NCBI GenBank assembly: GCA_963770565.1
Contig: CAVYQE010000010.1
Location: forward strand, 1-64,000
Source: an uncultured Actinomycetota bacterium
GTDB lineage: Bacteria; Actinomycetota; Actinomycetes; JAFAQI01
Length of the DNA stretch: 64,000 nt
Reading direction: 5' to 3'
Positions 51,137-60,626 of the stretch are shown piece by piece. The stretch's first letter is position 1. The number at the start of each line of letters is the position of its first letter. A program made the translations under genes and the position numbers. The notes beneath the pieces were generated by a model that ran no database searches, was not told the DNA's origin, and saw nothing but the letters and a program-made list of their open reading frames with translations.

Positions 51137-52607
51137 GTGGAGACACAGGGCAACGAAGGCTCGTCCTTTCCGCCGGTTGTCACGTCGGAGTCAACGGCTT
51201 CGGTCGGCCTGACCCCGCTGGACCCGGGCTGGACCCCTGACGGCGGAATGGTGACCTCGCCGTCCGCACCGCCGGCCACCTTGGCCCCGCCGGCTCCGAC
51301 GGTTGCGCCACCTGCACCCGCGCCGGTCCCGGCACCGACTGTGGCACCGGTCGCTCCGGTGGCCGCGCCCGCGCCGACCCCGGCTCCGGCATACGCCCCG
51401 CCGCTGCCGACGGTCTCCCCGAACCTGCCCCCGATGGCACCGCCCACACCGGACGCCGACGCGTTGACCAACGTGAACTCCCAGGTCGAGCTCGACACCA
51501 GCTACGCCCGCGCCGCGCTCGAAGAGGACAGCGGGATCGAGGCCGCGTTGCTGTCCGAGCTGCTCGTCGAGTGCCAGGACGGCGGCGCCTCCGACCTTCA
51601 CCTGACCGCAGGTGCTCGCCCGACGCTGCGGATCAACGGCACCCTGGTGCCGATGGAGGATCGCGCGATCCTCACCCCGCCGGTCATCCAGCGGATGCTG
51701 TACGCGATCCTCACCCAGAAGCAGCGCGAGCGGTTCGAGGAAGAGCTCGAGCTCGACTTCGCCTACTCGGTGCCCGGCCGGGCCCGCTTCCGGGTCAACC
51801 TCTACCGGCAGCGCGACGCGCTCGGCGCCGCCTTCCGGCTCATCCCGTACGAGATCAAGAAGCTCGAAGAGCTCGGCGTCCCGCCGAGCGTCGCCAACTT
51901 CGCCATGCTGCCGCGTGGCTTCGTCCTCGTCACCGGCCCGACCGGCTCGGGTAAGTCGACGACGCTCGCAGCGCTGGTCGACCTGGCCAACCGCCAGCGG
52001 CGCGACCACATCATGACCGTCGAGGACCCGATCGAGTTCCTGCACACGCACCAGGCCTGCCTGGTCAACCAGCGCGAGGTCGGCGAGGACACCCACTCGT
52101 TCCAGAACGCGCTCAAGCACGTGCTGCGCCAGGACCCCGACATCATCCTGGTCGGCGAAATGCGTGACCTGGAGACGATCTCGGTCGCGCTGACCGCGGC
52201 CGAGACCGGCCACCTCGTCTTCGCCACCCTGCACACCCAGGACGCGGCGCAGACCATCGACCGCATCATCGACGTCTTCCCGCCGCACCAGCAGCAGCAG
52301 GTCCGGGTGCAGCTCGCCGGCGCCCTTCAGGGCGTCGTCTGCCAGACGCTGTGCAAGACCTACGACGGCAAGGGCCGCGTGGTTGCGACCGAGGTGCTGG
52401 TCGCGACTCCCGCGATCCGCAACCTCATCCGCGAGGGCAAGACCCACCAGATCTACTCCGCGCTGCAGGCCGGCGCCAAGCACGGCATGCACACCATGGA
52501 CCAGCACCTGGCCGAGCTGGTCAAGTCGGGCCGGATCACCTACGAGACCGGCGCTCGAGAAGTGCCACCACGTCGAGGACTTCAACCGGCTCACCGGCCG
52601 GGCCTGA
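51137..52607 (+). CDS. pilT: Type IV pilus retraction ATPase PilT with a Pro-rich N-terminal extension; one frameshift near 52553
   Basis: [49 protein letters not shown]. The true C-terminus [17 protein letters not shown] is in another frame. Confidence 0.92.
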
Positions 52608-52618
52608 AAGGAAGCACG

Positions 52619-53862
52619 ATGGCAACCGTCACGACGTACGAGTACTCGGTCCGCGACCGGGCGGGCAAGATGGTCAACGGTGAGCTCGAGGCCGAGACGC
52701 CGAGTCAGCGGTCGTCCAGCGGCTGAAGGCGATGGGCTATGCCCCCGTGTCGATCTCCGAGGCCAACACCGGCCTGAACAAGGAGCTGAAGATCCCGGGC
52801 TTCGGCAACAAGGTGAAGCTCAAGGACCTGGCGATCTTCTCGCGCCAGTTCGCGACGATGATCAACTCCGGCCTGTCGCTGCTGCGCGCGCTGAGCATCC
52901 TCGCCGAGCAGACGGAGAACAAGGAGCTCGCGCGGGTCCTCGCGCGAGGTCCGCAACGACGTCGAGGCCGGCGCCGCGCTGTCGCTGGCCATGGGCAAGC
53001 ACTCCCGAAGGTCTTCCCGCCGCTGATGGTCAACATGATGCAAGGCCGGCGAGGTCGGCGGTTTCCTCGACGCGGTGCTGCTGCAGATCGCGGAGAACTA
53101 CGAGTCCGAGGTCAAGCTGCGCGGCAAGATCAAGTCCGCGATGACCTACCCGGTCGTGGTCGTTCATGCATCGCGATCATCGCGCTGATCGGCATGCTGC
53201 TCTTCATCGTGCCGTCGTTCGCGAAGATGTTCGGCTCGCTCGGCGGCAAGCTGCCGGCGCCGACGCAGATCCTCGTCGACCTGTCGCACGTCGATGAAGT
53301 TCATCCTGCCGTCATGATCGTCGGTGCTGGTCGTCGGCAGTCATCGGTCTGGAACAAGGTCAAGCACCAGCGAGCGGGTCCGCAAGGTCGTCGACCCGTT
53401 GAAGCTGAAGTGCCGGTCTTCGGCATGCTTGTTCCAGAAGATCGCGCTCAGCCGCTTCGCCCGCAACCTGGGCACCATGATGTCGTTCCGGCGTGCCGAT
53501 CCTGCAGAGCCTCGACATCGTCGCCGACACGACCGGCAACGTGGTACTATCACCGCGGCGGTCCGCGACGTGCAGGACAGCGTCCGCAACGGCGAGTCGC
53601 TCACCGCAGCCGCTGAGCACGCACGACGTGTTCCCACCGATGGTCGTGCAGATGATGGCGGTCGGCGAGGACGACCGGTGCGCTCGACACGATGCTGGCC
53701 AAGATCAGCGAGTTCTACGACCAGGAGGTCGAAGCGACGACCGAGGCGCTCACCGCGCTGATCGAGCCCCTGATGATCGCCTTCCTCGGCGGCATCGTCG
53801 GATCGATGATCGTCGCGCTGTACATGCCGATCTTCGAGGTCTACAACCACGTCGGAAGCTGA
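52619..53862 (+). CDS. pilC: Type IV pilus platform protein PilC (T2SS F family), multiple apparent frameshifts
   Basis: YEYSVRD, FSRQFATMINSGL, AGEVGG, SAMTYP, FPPMVVQMMAVGE, LIEPLMI, ALYMPIF spread over different frames. Confidence 0.87.
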
Positions 53863-53916
53863 TCAAGCGGCCGAATGGCCTAATCAAATTCCACCAAACA
53901 TGTGGCCTACGGCCCT

Positions 53917-53941
53917 TCAAGTCTGGACCTGGAAAGCCGAT
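53917..53941 (+). promoter_or_regulatory. Sigma-28-type promoter of the riboswitch-pilin transcript
   Basis: TCAAG-N14-GCCGAT(CT), about 25 nt before the riboswitch. Confidence 0.65.
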
Positions 53942-53965
53942 CTATCCCATGTCATCGAGCCGTAA

Positions 53966-54053
53966 GGCCAGGCAAGGGCACACCCGTCGTGAGGCGGGGT
54001 CGCAAAGCTACGGGACTCAAGGCCCACCGCGAGTCAGCCGAGCTGCCTCGGCC
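53966..54053 (+). ncRNA. Cyclic di-GMP-I (GEMM) riboswitch
   Basis: AGGGCACA-CCCGTC-GTGA-GGCGGG-GTCGCAAAGCTACGG-GACTC...GAGTC-AGCCGAGCTGCC: GNRA-capped P2, CGCAAAGC junction, P3, and P1 GGCCAGG/CCTCGGCC; in the 5' UTR of a pilin. Confidence 0.85.
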
Positions 54054-54134
54054 GGCGCCTCTTAACGGAGGAGCCGCGCAGAGGGGGAGCGCTCACCAGC
54101 GCGGCTCACCGAAAGTACTACGGAAGGATCCGCA

Positions 54135-54575
54135 ATGCTTGCTCGACTCCGCAAGATGCAGGAGGAGAACGAGGGCGGCTTCACGCTCATCGAGCTCCTG
54201 GTCGTGATCATCATTATCGGCATCCTTGCCGCGATCGCGATCCCGGTCTTCCTCCAGCAGCGCAAGAAGGGCTACGACGCGGCGATCAAGTCCGACCTCG
54301 TCGCTGCCGCGACTGCTGAAGAGACCTACCTGACCGACTTCAACACCTACACCGACAGCACGGCGAACCTGTCCACCTCTGAGACCTTCAAGTTCTCGGC
54401 GGCCGGCGACTACACCAACAACACCCAGGCGCTGACCATCGTGTCCGCCACGAACCAGGGTTACTGCATCACCGGTGTCGCTGCCTCGGGCAACAAGTGG
54501 TTCTACGACAGTGGCAACGGTGGCGTTCAGCCGCTGGCGACCACGTACACCTGCTCTGTCTCAGGCGCAGCCTGA
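54135..54575 (+). CDS. pilA: Type IV pilin, probable major pilin
   Basis: G|FTLIELLVVIIIIGILAAIAIP class III signal, two C-terminal Cys, AAGGA RBS. Confidence 0.9.
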   Translation: MLARLRKMQEENEGGFTLIELLVVIIIIGILAAIAIPVFLQQRKKGYDAAIKSDLVAAATAEETYLTDFNTYTDSTANLSTSETFKFSAAGDYTNNTQALTIVSATNQGYCITGVAASGNKWFYDSGNGGVQPLATTYTCSVSGAA

Positions 54576-54586
54576 TCCAGCGCTAC

Positions 54587-54622
54587 GTCGGAGGCCCGCG
54601 GCGCCTGCTGCGGGCCTCCGAC
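54587..54622 (+). terminator. Strong hairpin after the first pilin
   Basis: GTCGGAGGCCCGCGGC-gcct-GCTGCGGGCCTCCGAC, 16-bp stem. Confidence 0.7.
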
Positions 54623-54683
54623 GCTTGTAAGCGGTTTCCGAACGTCACTTGATCGATCCGACCCGTCACAGGAGGCGACGAAC

Positions 54684-55133
54684 ATGCACGGTCTGATGGC
54701 CCGGCGCTCGTCCGCCGACGCCGACACCGGGTTCAGCATGATCGAGCTTCTCGTCGTGATCATCATCATCGGCATCCTGGCCGCGGTCGCGATCCCAGTC
54801 TTCCTCCAGCAGCGCAAGAAGGGCTACGACGCGGCGATCAAGTCCGACCTCGTCGCCGCCGCCAGCGCCGAGGAGGCATACATCACTGAGCAGAACGTCT
54901 ACACCGACAGCGTCAACACGCTGAAGAGCGCAGAGGGCTTCAAGTTCTCCCAGGCCGGCTCGTACAGCGGCGGGACGGCAACGATCACCGTCGTGTCGAA
55001 CTCGAACATGGGCTACTGCATCACGGCGACCGCGGCGTCGGGCAACACCTGGTTCTACGACAGCGGCAACGGGGGCCTGCAGCCGTTGAACACCAGCGGG
55101 ACATACACCTGCTCGGTCTCCGGAGCTTCATAG
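54684..55133 (+). CDS. Type IV pilin, close paralog of the first pilin
   Basis: G|FSMIELL, shared QQRKKGYDAAIKSDLVAAA, AGGAGG RBS. Confidence 0.88.
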   Translation: MHGLMARRSSADADTGFSMIELLVVIIIIGILAAVAIPVFLQQRKKGYDAAIKSDLVAAASAEEAYITEQNVYTDSVNTLKSAEGFKFSQAGSYSGGTATITVVSNSNMGYCITATAASGNTWFYDSGNGGLQPLNTSGTYTCSVSGAS

Positions 55134-55182
55134 CCGGGGCACGAGCCCACATAGCCGAGGTAAGTCGAGGGGAGGGCCTCAG

Positions 55183-55632
55183 ATGACGATCTTGAGCGCT
55201 CGACGGCTGGCAGACGACACCGAGCGCGGATTCACGCTCATCGAGCTTCTCGTCGTCATCATCATCATCGGAATCCTCGCGGCGATCGCGATCCCGGTCT
55301 TCCTCAACCAGCGGCTGAAGGCGTACGACACGGCGTCGAAGAACGATCTTCGTAATCTGGCCAACTTCGAAGAGATCTACCTCGACGACTTCTCGTCCTA
55401 CGGCACGATCGCCAGCGTCCAGGCCAACGAGCCGACCGTGAAGGCCAGCGGCGGAGTGACGCTCTCGGTCGTCGACTACATCGGCAACGCCGGCTACTGC
55501 CTGTCGGCGTCACACGTGGGCGACCCCAAGGTCTGGTACTACGACAGCCAGGGCGGCGGCCTGCAGCCGAACGGCGCGTCCGGGTGCCCCGTCACCACGG
55601 GTGGCACGCCCGGCGACAGCATCACCGGCTGA
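55183..55632 (+). CDS. Type IV pilin, third paralog
   Basis: G|FTLIELL, YCL..WYYDS.GGG..C. Confidence 0.88.
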   Translation: MTILSARRLADDTERGFTLIELLVVIIIIGILAAIAIPVFLNQRLKAYDTASKNDLRNLANFEEIYLDDFSSYGTIASVQANEPTVKASGGVTLSVVDYIGNAGYCLSASHVGDPKVWYYDSQGGGLQPNGASGCPVTTGGTPGDSITG

Positions 55633-55656
55633 TCGGACGATCCACCCAGATGGCTA

Positions 55657-55682
55657 TCAATCAGCGGCACGCTCGTGCCGAT
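55657..55682 (+). promoter_or_regulatory. Sigma-28-type promoter of the minor pilin operon (leaderless)
   Basis: TCAAT-N15-GCCGAT(AG); in-frame GTG 9 nt downstream. Confidence 0.6.
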
Positions 55683-55691
55683 AGTGCGACG

Positions 55692-58172
55692 GTGACCCGC
55701 TTCTTGACGCGCGCCCTCGCACCCCGTCGCGGCTCCGACGAGGGCTTCTCCATGGTCGAGATGATGGTCGCGTTGCTCATCATCGCGATCGTCTCCGCCG
55801 CCAGCGTCGCGTTCTTCGTCGACAACATCCGCGGGGTCAACGATCAGCGCCAGCACCAAGAGGCGGTCTATCTGGCCGACCAGCAGATGGAGACGGTCGA
55901 GTCGTTGCCGGTCGCGAAGCTGGTCGCCGGCCGTACCCAGACAGAGGTCAACGCCCTCTACACCACGGCAGCCGCGACCAAGCTCAACATCACCGGCCAG
56001 GACGACACCTCCAACGCCGGCAACTACGACTCGACCGCGAGCTCGACCGGTAGCGAGACGGTGCCGCTGACTGTCACTCAGACGGTCAACAAGGTTCCGT
56101 ACGCGCTGACCACGTTCATCGACGTGTGCTGGTACAGCAATGTGACCGGCTTCTGCACGCCGACGTCGGGCGCGACGACCACCCAGGAATACCGCGTGTC
56201 CGTCTACGTCACCTGGAAGTCTCCCGGTGCGTGCGCGAGCGGCTGCAACTACTCGACCAGCACCCTGATCGACCCGAGCGCCGACCCGTTGTTCAACACG
56301 AACATCAGTTCGCCGACCGGGACCCTGACGACCCCCGCGTCCGGGACGGTCGACAACGACAACGACGCCAGCAGCTGCACGACCAACGGCAACACGTTCG
56401 CCGGCACGCTCTTTAAGATCACCGGCGGCGCAAATCTCAAGTCGAATATCAGAGTTCTGATCTCGGCCGGCGGTGGCGCGATCCCGCCCGCGAGCATCTA
56501 CCAGCCGGTCGCGGCCGAGGTCGACTTCTGCCTGCAGACCTATGACGTGCCGGGTCCTTACACGCTCTCGATCATCAACACCGATGGCGGGCACTTCCAG
56601 ACCTCGATCACCGAGACGGCGAACATCACCGGCGCCGGCGGCTGGACGCCGACGGTGCGGAACCTGACCCTGACCGGTGGCGGCTTCGAGTCCGGCGCCA
56701 CCTTCACCGCGACCGGAGCGAGCTGGTCGGCGGCCAACCCGCTGGTGAGCGGCAAGAGCATCAACAAAGGCGACAGCACCGACGACTCGGTGGTGCTGAC
56801 CAACTTCGTCGGTCCGACCAACGGCGGCACCGCCGTCATCACGATGACGAACCCGGACCTGACGTCCGACACGTGGACGATCACCGCTCCCAAGGTGACC
56901 GCGCTGAGCCGGACGGTGATCGTGGCCGGCCAGAACATGGCCGTGTCGGTGACCGGCACCGGCTTCCAGAACGGGCTCACTCCGGTCGTCACCAACGCCA
57001 CCCTGTCCGCAACGGTGGTCTCGTCGAGCTCGGTCAGCATGGTGATGACCGGCATGGTGGCCGGCACCAATGCGACCGTGATCCTCGAGAACCCCGACGG
57101 CGGCACCACCGCGACGATGTCGTTCCCGGTCGATCCGCCCCCGGTTGTGCTCAGCGCGACCCCGAACAAGATCGTGGCCGGCCAGGCGATGAACGTCACC
57201 GTCACCGGTACCGGCTTCGTCTCGGGCATGACGCTGTCGCAGACCAACGGAACCGCGCTGACCGTGATCTCGCTGAACTCGACCACGTTGGTGCTGTCGA
57301 TCACGGCCGCCACCGCGGGGTCCGACGCGATCACGATGACGAACCCGGACGGTGGTACGACGAGCTTCTCGCTCACCGTCGACCCGCCGCCGGTGATCGC
57401 CTCCTCATCGCCGAGCCCGCTGCTCGTGAGCGTTGCGCACACGGTGACCTTGACCGGTACCGGCTTCGTCAGCGGACTGACCGTGGCCGCGGCCAACGGC
57501 AGCTTCACACTCGGAACGGTCACCCCGACGTCGATCACCCTGACCAACTTCCTCTCGAGCACCGTCGGGTCGGACGTGGTCACGGTCACCAACCCCGACG
57601 GCGGCATCGGCGTCTACACGCTGACCATCTCGCCCCCGCCGACCCTGACCTCGATCACCGGCGCCCCCGTGGTGAAGAGCCAGGCGAAGACGATCACGCT
57701 GGTCGGCACCGGCTTCCAGGCCGGCCTGAGCGTTACGGCGAGCAACGGCACCTGGACGGTCGGGACGATCACGGCGACCTCGATCGTGCTGAACAACTTC
57801 ACCGCGACCGCTACGGGCACGGACACGATCAACGTGACCAACCCCGACGGTGGCACTGCTTCCATCGGCCTTACGGTTGACGCTGCGCCCACGATCACTG
57901 CGGTGACGCCGGCGACAGTGAAGCACAACACGGCGAAGACGTACACGCTGACGGGTACCGGCTTCGTGACCGGCGCGACGATCACGATCACCGAGAACGG
58001 TACGTCGATGACGGGCATCTCGGCGACGACGGTGTTGAGCTCGACCTCGCTCACATTCAGCGCCACGGCGCGCGCGACGCCGACCTCCGGGAATGCAACC
58101 GTGGTGATCACCGTCACCAACCCGGACGGCGGAGTCAGTAACGCGTTCTCCAAGACCATGACGGCGAGCTGA
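55692..58172 (+). CDS. Large modular minor pilin (PilV-like) with tandem IPT/TIG-like Ig repeats
   Basis: G|FSMVEMMVALL N-terminus; about 6-7 repeats of roughly 82 aa (vTGTGF..G...NPDGG). Confidence 0.8.
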   Translation: MTRFLTRALAPRRGSDEGFSMVEMMVALLIIAIVSAASVAFFVDNIRGVNDQRQHQEAVYLADQQMETVESLPVAKLVAGRTQTEVNALYTTAAATKLNITGQDDTSNAGNYDSTASSTGSETVPLTVTQTVNKVPYALTTFIDVCWYSNVTGFCTPTSGATTTQEYRVSVYVTWKSPGACASGCNYSTSTLIDPSADPLFNTNISSPTGTLTTPASGTVDNDNDASSCTTNGNTFAGTLFKITGGANLKSNIRVLISAGGGAIPPASIYQPVAAEVDFCLQTYDVPGPYTLSIINTDGGHFQTSITETANITGAGGWTPTVRNLTLTGGGFESGATFTATGASWSAANPLVSGKSINKGDSTDDSVVLTNFVGPTNGGTAVITMTNPDLTSDTWTITAPKVTALSRTVIVAGQNMAVSVTGTGFQNGLTPVVTNATLSATVVSSSSVSMVMTGMVAGTNATVILENPDGGTTATMSFPVDPPPVVLSATPNKIVAGQAMNVTVTGTGFVSGMTLSQTNGTALTVISLNSTTLVLSITAATAGSDAITMTNPDGGTTSFSLTVDPPPVIASSSPSPLLVSVAHTVTLTGTGFVSGLTVAAANGSFTLGTVTPTSITLTNFLSSTVGSDVVTVTNPDGGIGVYTLTISPPPTLTSITGAPVVKSQAKTITLVGTGFQAGLSVTASNGTWTVGTITATSIVLNNFTATATGTDTINVTNPDGGTASIGLTVDAAPTITAVTPATVKHNTAKTYTLTGTGFVTGATITITENGTSMTGISATTVLSSTSLTFSATARATPTSGNATVVITVTNPDGGVSNAFSKTMTAS

Positions 58173-58174
58173 CC

Positions 58175-58798
58175 ATGCGAGCGAACCTGCGGCGCCGGCT
58201 GCGCAAGTCGGACGAGGGAACCAGCCTCATCGAGCTGCTGGTCGTAATGATCATCTTCACGATGATCATGGCGATCATCACCACCGCAATCGTGAACATG
58301 GTGCACGAGGGCCAGCGGCAGTCCGGGCAGAGCAACGACATGAGCGCCGCGCGCAAGGTGATCACGATCCTCGATCACTCGGCGCGCTACGCCAATGCGA
58401 TCACGGCCCCGGGCACCGGCACCGACGGCAACTTCTACGTCGAGTTCCAGACGGGGAACAACGGCCAGCAGCAGACCTGCACGCAGTGGCGCTGGGTGCA
58501 GACCGGCGGCAAGCTGCAGTGGCGGACCTGGCAGCCGCCGTTGAGCGGCATCGGCTCGGTCACGGCCACCAACTGGTCCACAGCCGCGATCGGCATCAGC
58601 AAGATCGGGTCGACGCCGGTGTTCTCGATCGCGGTCGCCTCGTCGGCCGACGCCAAGGAGCAGCTCACCGTGGCGTTCACCGCGACCAGCGGCGCGCCGT
58701 CGACGAGCTCCTCGAGCCAGGTGACCTTGACCGCGATCAACTCCGCCTCAAACAGTGCACCTCTCGCCGCAACATGCACCCAGGTTGGTCGTCCATGA
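58175..58798 (+). CDS. Minor pilin (PilW-like)
   Basis: G|TSLIELLVVMII; two Cys. Confidence 0.75.
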   Translation: MRANLRRRLRKSDEGTSLIELLVVMIIFTMIMAIITTAIVNMVHEGQRQSGQSNDMSAARKVITILDHSARYANAITAPGTGTDGNFYVEFQTGNNGQQQTCTQWRWVQTGGKLQWRTWQPPLSGIGSVTATNWSTAAIGISKIGSTPVFSIAVASSADAKEQLTVAFTATSGAPSTSSSSQVTLTAINSASNSAPLAATCTQVGRP

Positions 58799-60558
58799 AC
58801 CGATTGATCCGCATCGTGCGCAGCCGCCAGAACAACGACGGCGGCTTCGCCATGATCTTCACGCTCTTCCTGATCCTGATCATTGCGGTGGTGAGCGTCA
58901 CGGTCGCCGACATCATGATCAACCAGGTCGGCCCGACCACGCTCGCGCAGAAGCAGGTGCGGACAGTCGATGCAGCGTCCGCGGGCATGCAGGCCGCGCT
59001 CGGCCAGCTGCGCAACACCTCGACGAACGGCGGCGGTGACCTCACCAAGCTGCCGTGCTCGGACACCACCGACTCGGGCGGCGTGACGCTGACCGTCGGT
59101 ACCCCCAAGCAGACCGTCTCGGTCGCCGGTGACCAGATCAACGGGACGGTCGAGCAGGTCACGCCGGCCAACACGGTCGCGACCTACCGCACCGTGATCG
59201 CCTACTTCCAGACCGACCCGACCTCGCACGAGGCCGACTCCTCGACGACCTGGTGGGCCAACAACGCGATCCCGTGCAAGGCCGGCATCGTGAAGTACGT
59301 CCCGACGTACGCGTTCATCCAGTCGTACGGACTAGGCCAGACGCTCCCGAACCAGGCCGCGACCGAGGGCAACCGCACCCTGCATGCGGTCTACCAGTTC
59401 AACGCGACCAACACCAACACGGTCGGCGGCCGGATGGCCGAGTTCAACAGCAGCGCTCAGGACACGATGTGCCTCGACACTGGCCGCGCCGAGCCGACCG
59501 CCGGCACTGTGGCGACGATGCAGCCCTGCCTGGCCCTCGGCACGCCACAGCAGACTTGGCAGTACCGCGCCGACCTCACCCTGTTCTACGGCGGCGACAC
59601 GACGCTGAACCTGTGCATTCAGAACGTGACCGCGACCTATGGGCATGCCGGTACGCCGAAGCTCGAGCCGTGCGCGACGATCGGGTCCGGCACGACCTAC
59701 CCGTACGCGAACCAGACGCAGCAGGAGCAGGAGTGGGCCTACAACGACAACGGCCAGCTCGAAGCGCCTGACATCAACAACGGAAGCGTCGGCGGCGGCA
59801 CTGCGCCGGACCCGGGTGGCTGCCTCGAGGGCGCCGGTGTCACCACCTCCGCAGCGGCGGTGGCCGGCGCGGCCCTCAGCGTCGTCACCTGCAGCGGCTC
59901 GTCTGGCGACCTCACCGCGTGGAACCCCGACCCGCAGGTCGGCGCCGGCAAGTCCGGTGGCAACGTGACCGGTATCCCCGGTGCGCCGACCCAGCAGTAC
60001 GTCAACTACGCGATGTTTGGGAACTGCCTCGACGTCAACGGCCAGCAGTTCGGCAACAAGCTGATCGCCTACCCGTGCAAGCAGGCGCCGGACTCGACGA
60101 CCCTGACCTGGAACCAGCTGTGGCATTTCCAGACCGTGTCGGGCTCGTACGGCATCTTCTACACGAACTGCTCGGCCGGGGCGAGCGGTTGCATCCCGTC
60201 GAGCCCGGCCTCATCGGTGAAGGACTGCCTGGTCTCACCGGGCACCCTCAACGGCCTGGTGTACGGCGTGCAGTGCCCGACCGGCACGCCGCCGGACAAC
60301 GAGCTGTGGGACCCGACCGGCGTCGTCTCCGGCAACTACCCGAGCTCTTACCTGCTTATCAACAAGGCGGACGGCTACTGCATGGCGCCGGATCCGACCC
60401 AGCGGTCGAACGGCTGGGCGCAGATTGCCGTTACAACCTGCGACGGCACCAACATTCCGTCCGGCGCGGGCGCGAAGAACTCGTTGCTGCTGAAGTGGAA
60501 CGCGCCGGCGACGAACCCCAACGCCGGGTTGAGCAGCATCCAGGAAGACTCCAACTAG
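58795..60558 (+). CDS. Minor pilin (PilX-like, lacking Glu5) with ricin-type beta-trefoil lectin repeats
   Basis: G|FAMIFTL, AASAGMQAAL; C-terminal MCLD..C..QQTW, CLDV..C..NQLW, NELW repeats. ATGA overlap. Confidence 0.78.
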   Translation: MNRLIRIVRSRQNNDGGFAMIFTLFLILIIAVVSVTVADIMINQVGPTTLAQKQVRTVDAASAGMQAALGQLRNTSTNGGGDLTKLPCSDTTDSGGVTLTVGTPKQTVSVAGDQINGTVEQVTPANTVATYRTVIAYFQTDPTSHEADSSTTWWANNAIPCKAGIVKYVPTYAFIQSYGLGQTLPNQAATEGNRTLHAVYQFNATNTNTVGGRMAEFNSSAQDTMCLDTGRAEPTAGTVATMQPCLALGTPQQTWQYRADLTLFYGGDTTLNLCIQNVTATYGHAGTPKLEPCATIGSGTTYPYANQTQQEQEWAYNDNGQLEAPDINNGSVGGGTAPDPGGCLEGAGVTTSAAAVAGAALSVVTCSGSSGDLTAWNPDPQVGAGKSGGNVTGIPGAPTQQYVNYAMFGNCLDVNGQQFGNKLIAYPCKQAPDSTTLTWNQLWHFQTVSGSYGIFYTNCSAGASGCIPSSPASSVKDCLVSPGTLNGLVYGVQCPTGTPPDNELWDPTGVVSGNYPSSYLLINKADGYCMAPDPTQRSNGWAQIAVTTCDGTNIPSGAGAKNSLLLKWNAPATNPNAGLSSIQEDSN

Positions 60559-60626
60559 CGCTGGTGATCGGCGGCTCGCGGATCGAGCCGCCCGGCACCG
60601 TCGCGCCGAACCGGTAGCCTCCTCGC

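Noticed and set aside
49343-53862. Programmed frameshifting or phase variation as the cause of the pilB/pilC breaks
   Set aside because: Too many indels, and not at slippery or repeat tracts; sequencing error fits better.
56500-58140. Recurrent AACCCCGACGG / ACCGGCTTC DNA repeats as a possible CRISPR array
   Set aside because: Degenerate, about 250 bp apart, in frame within the pilin; they encode Ig-like protein repeats.
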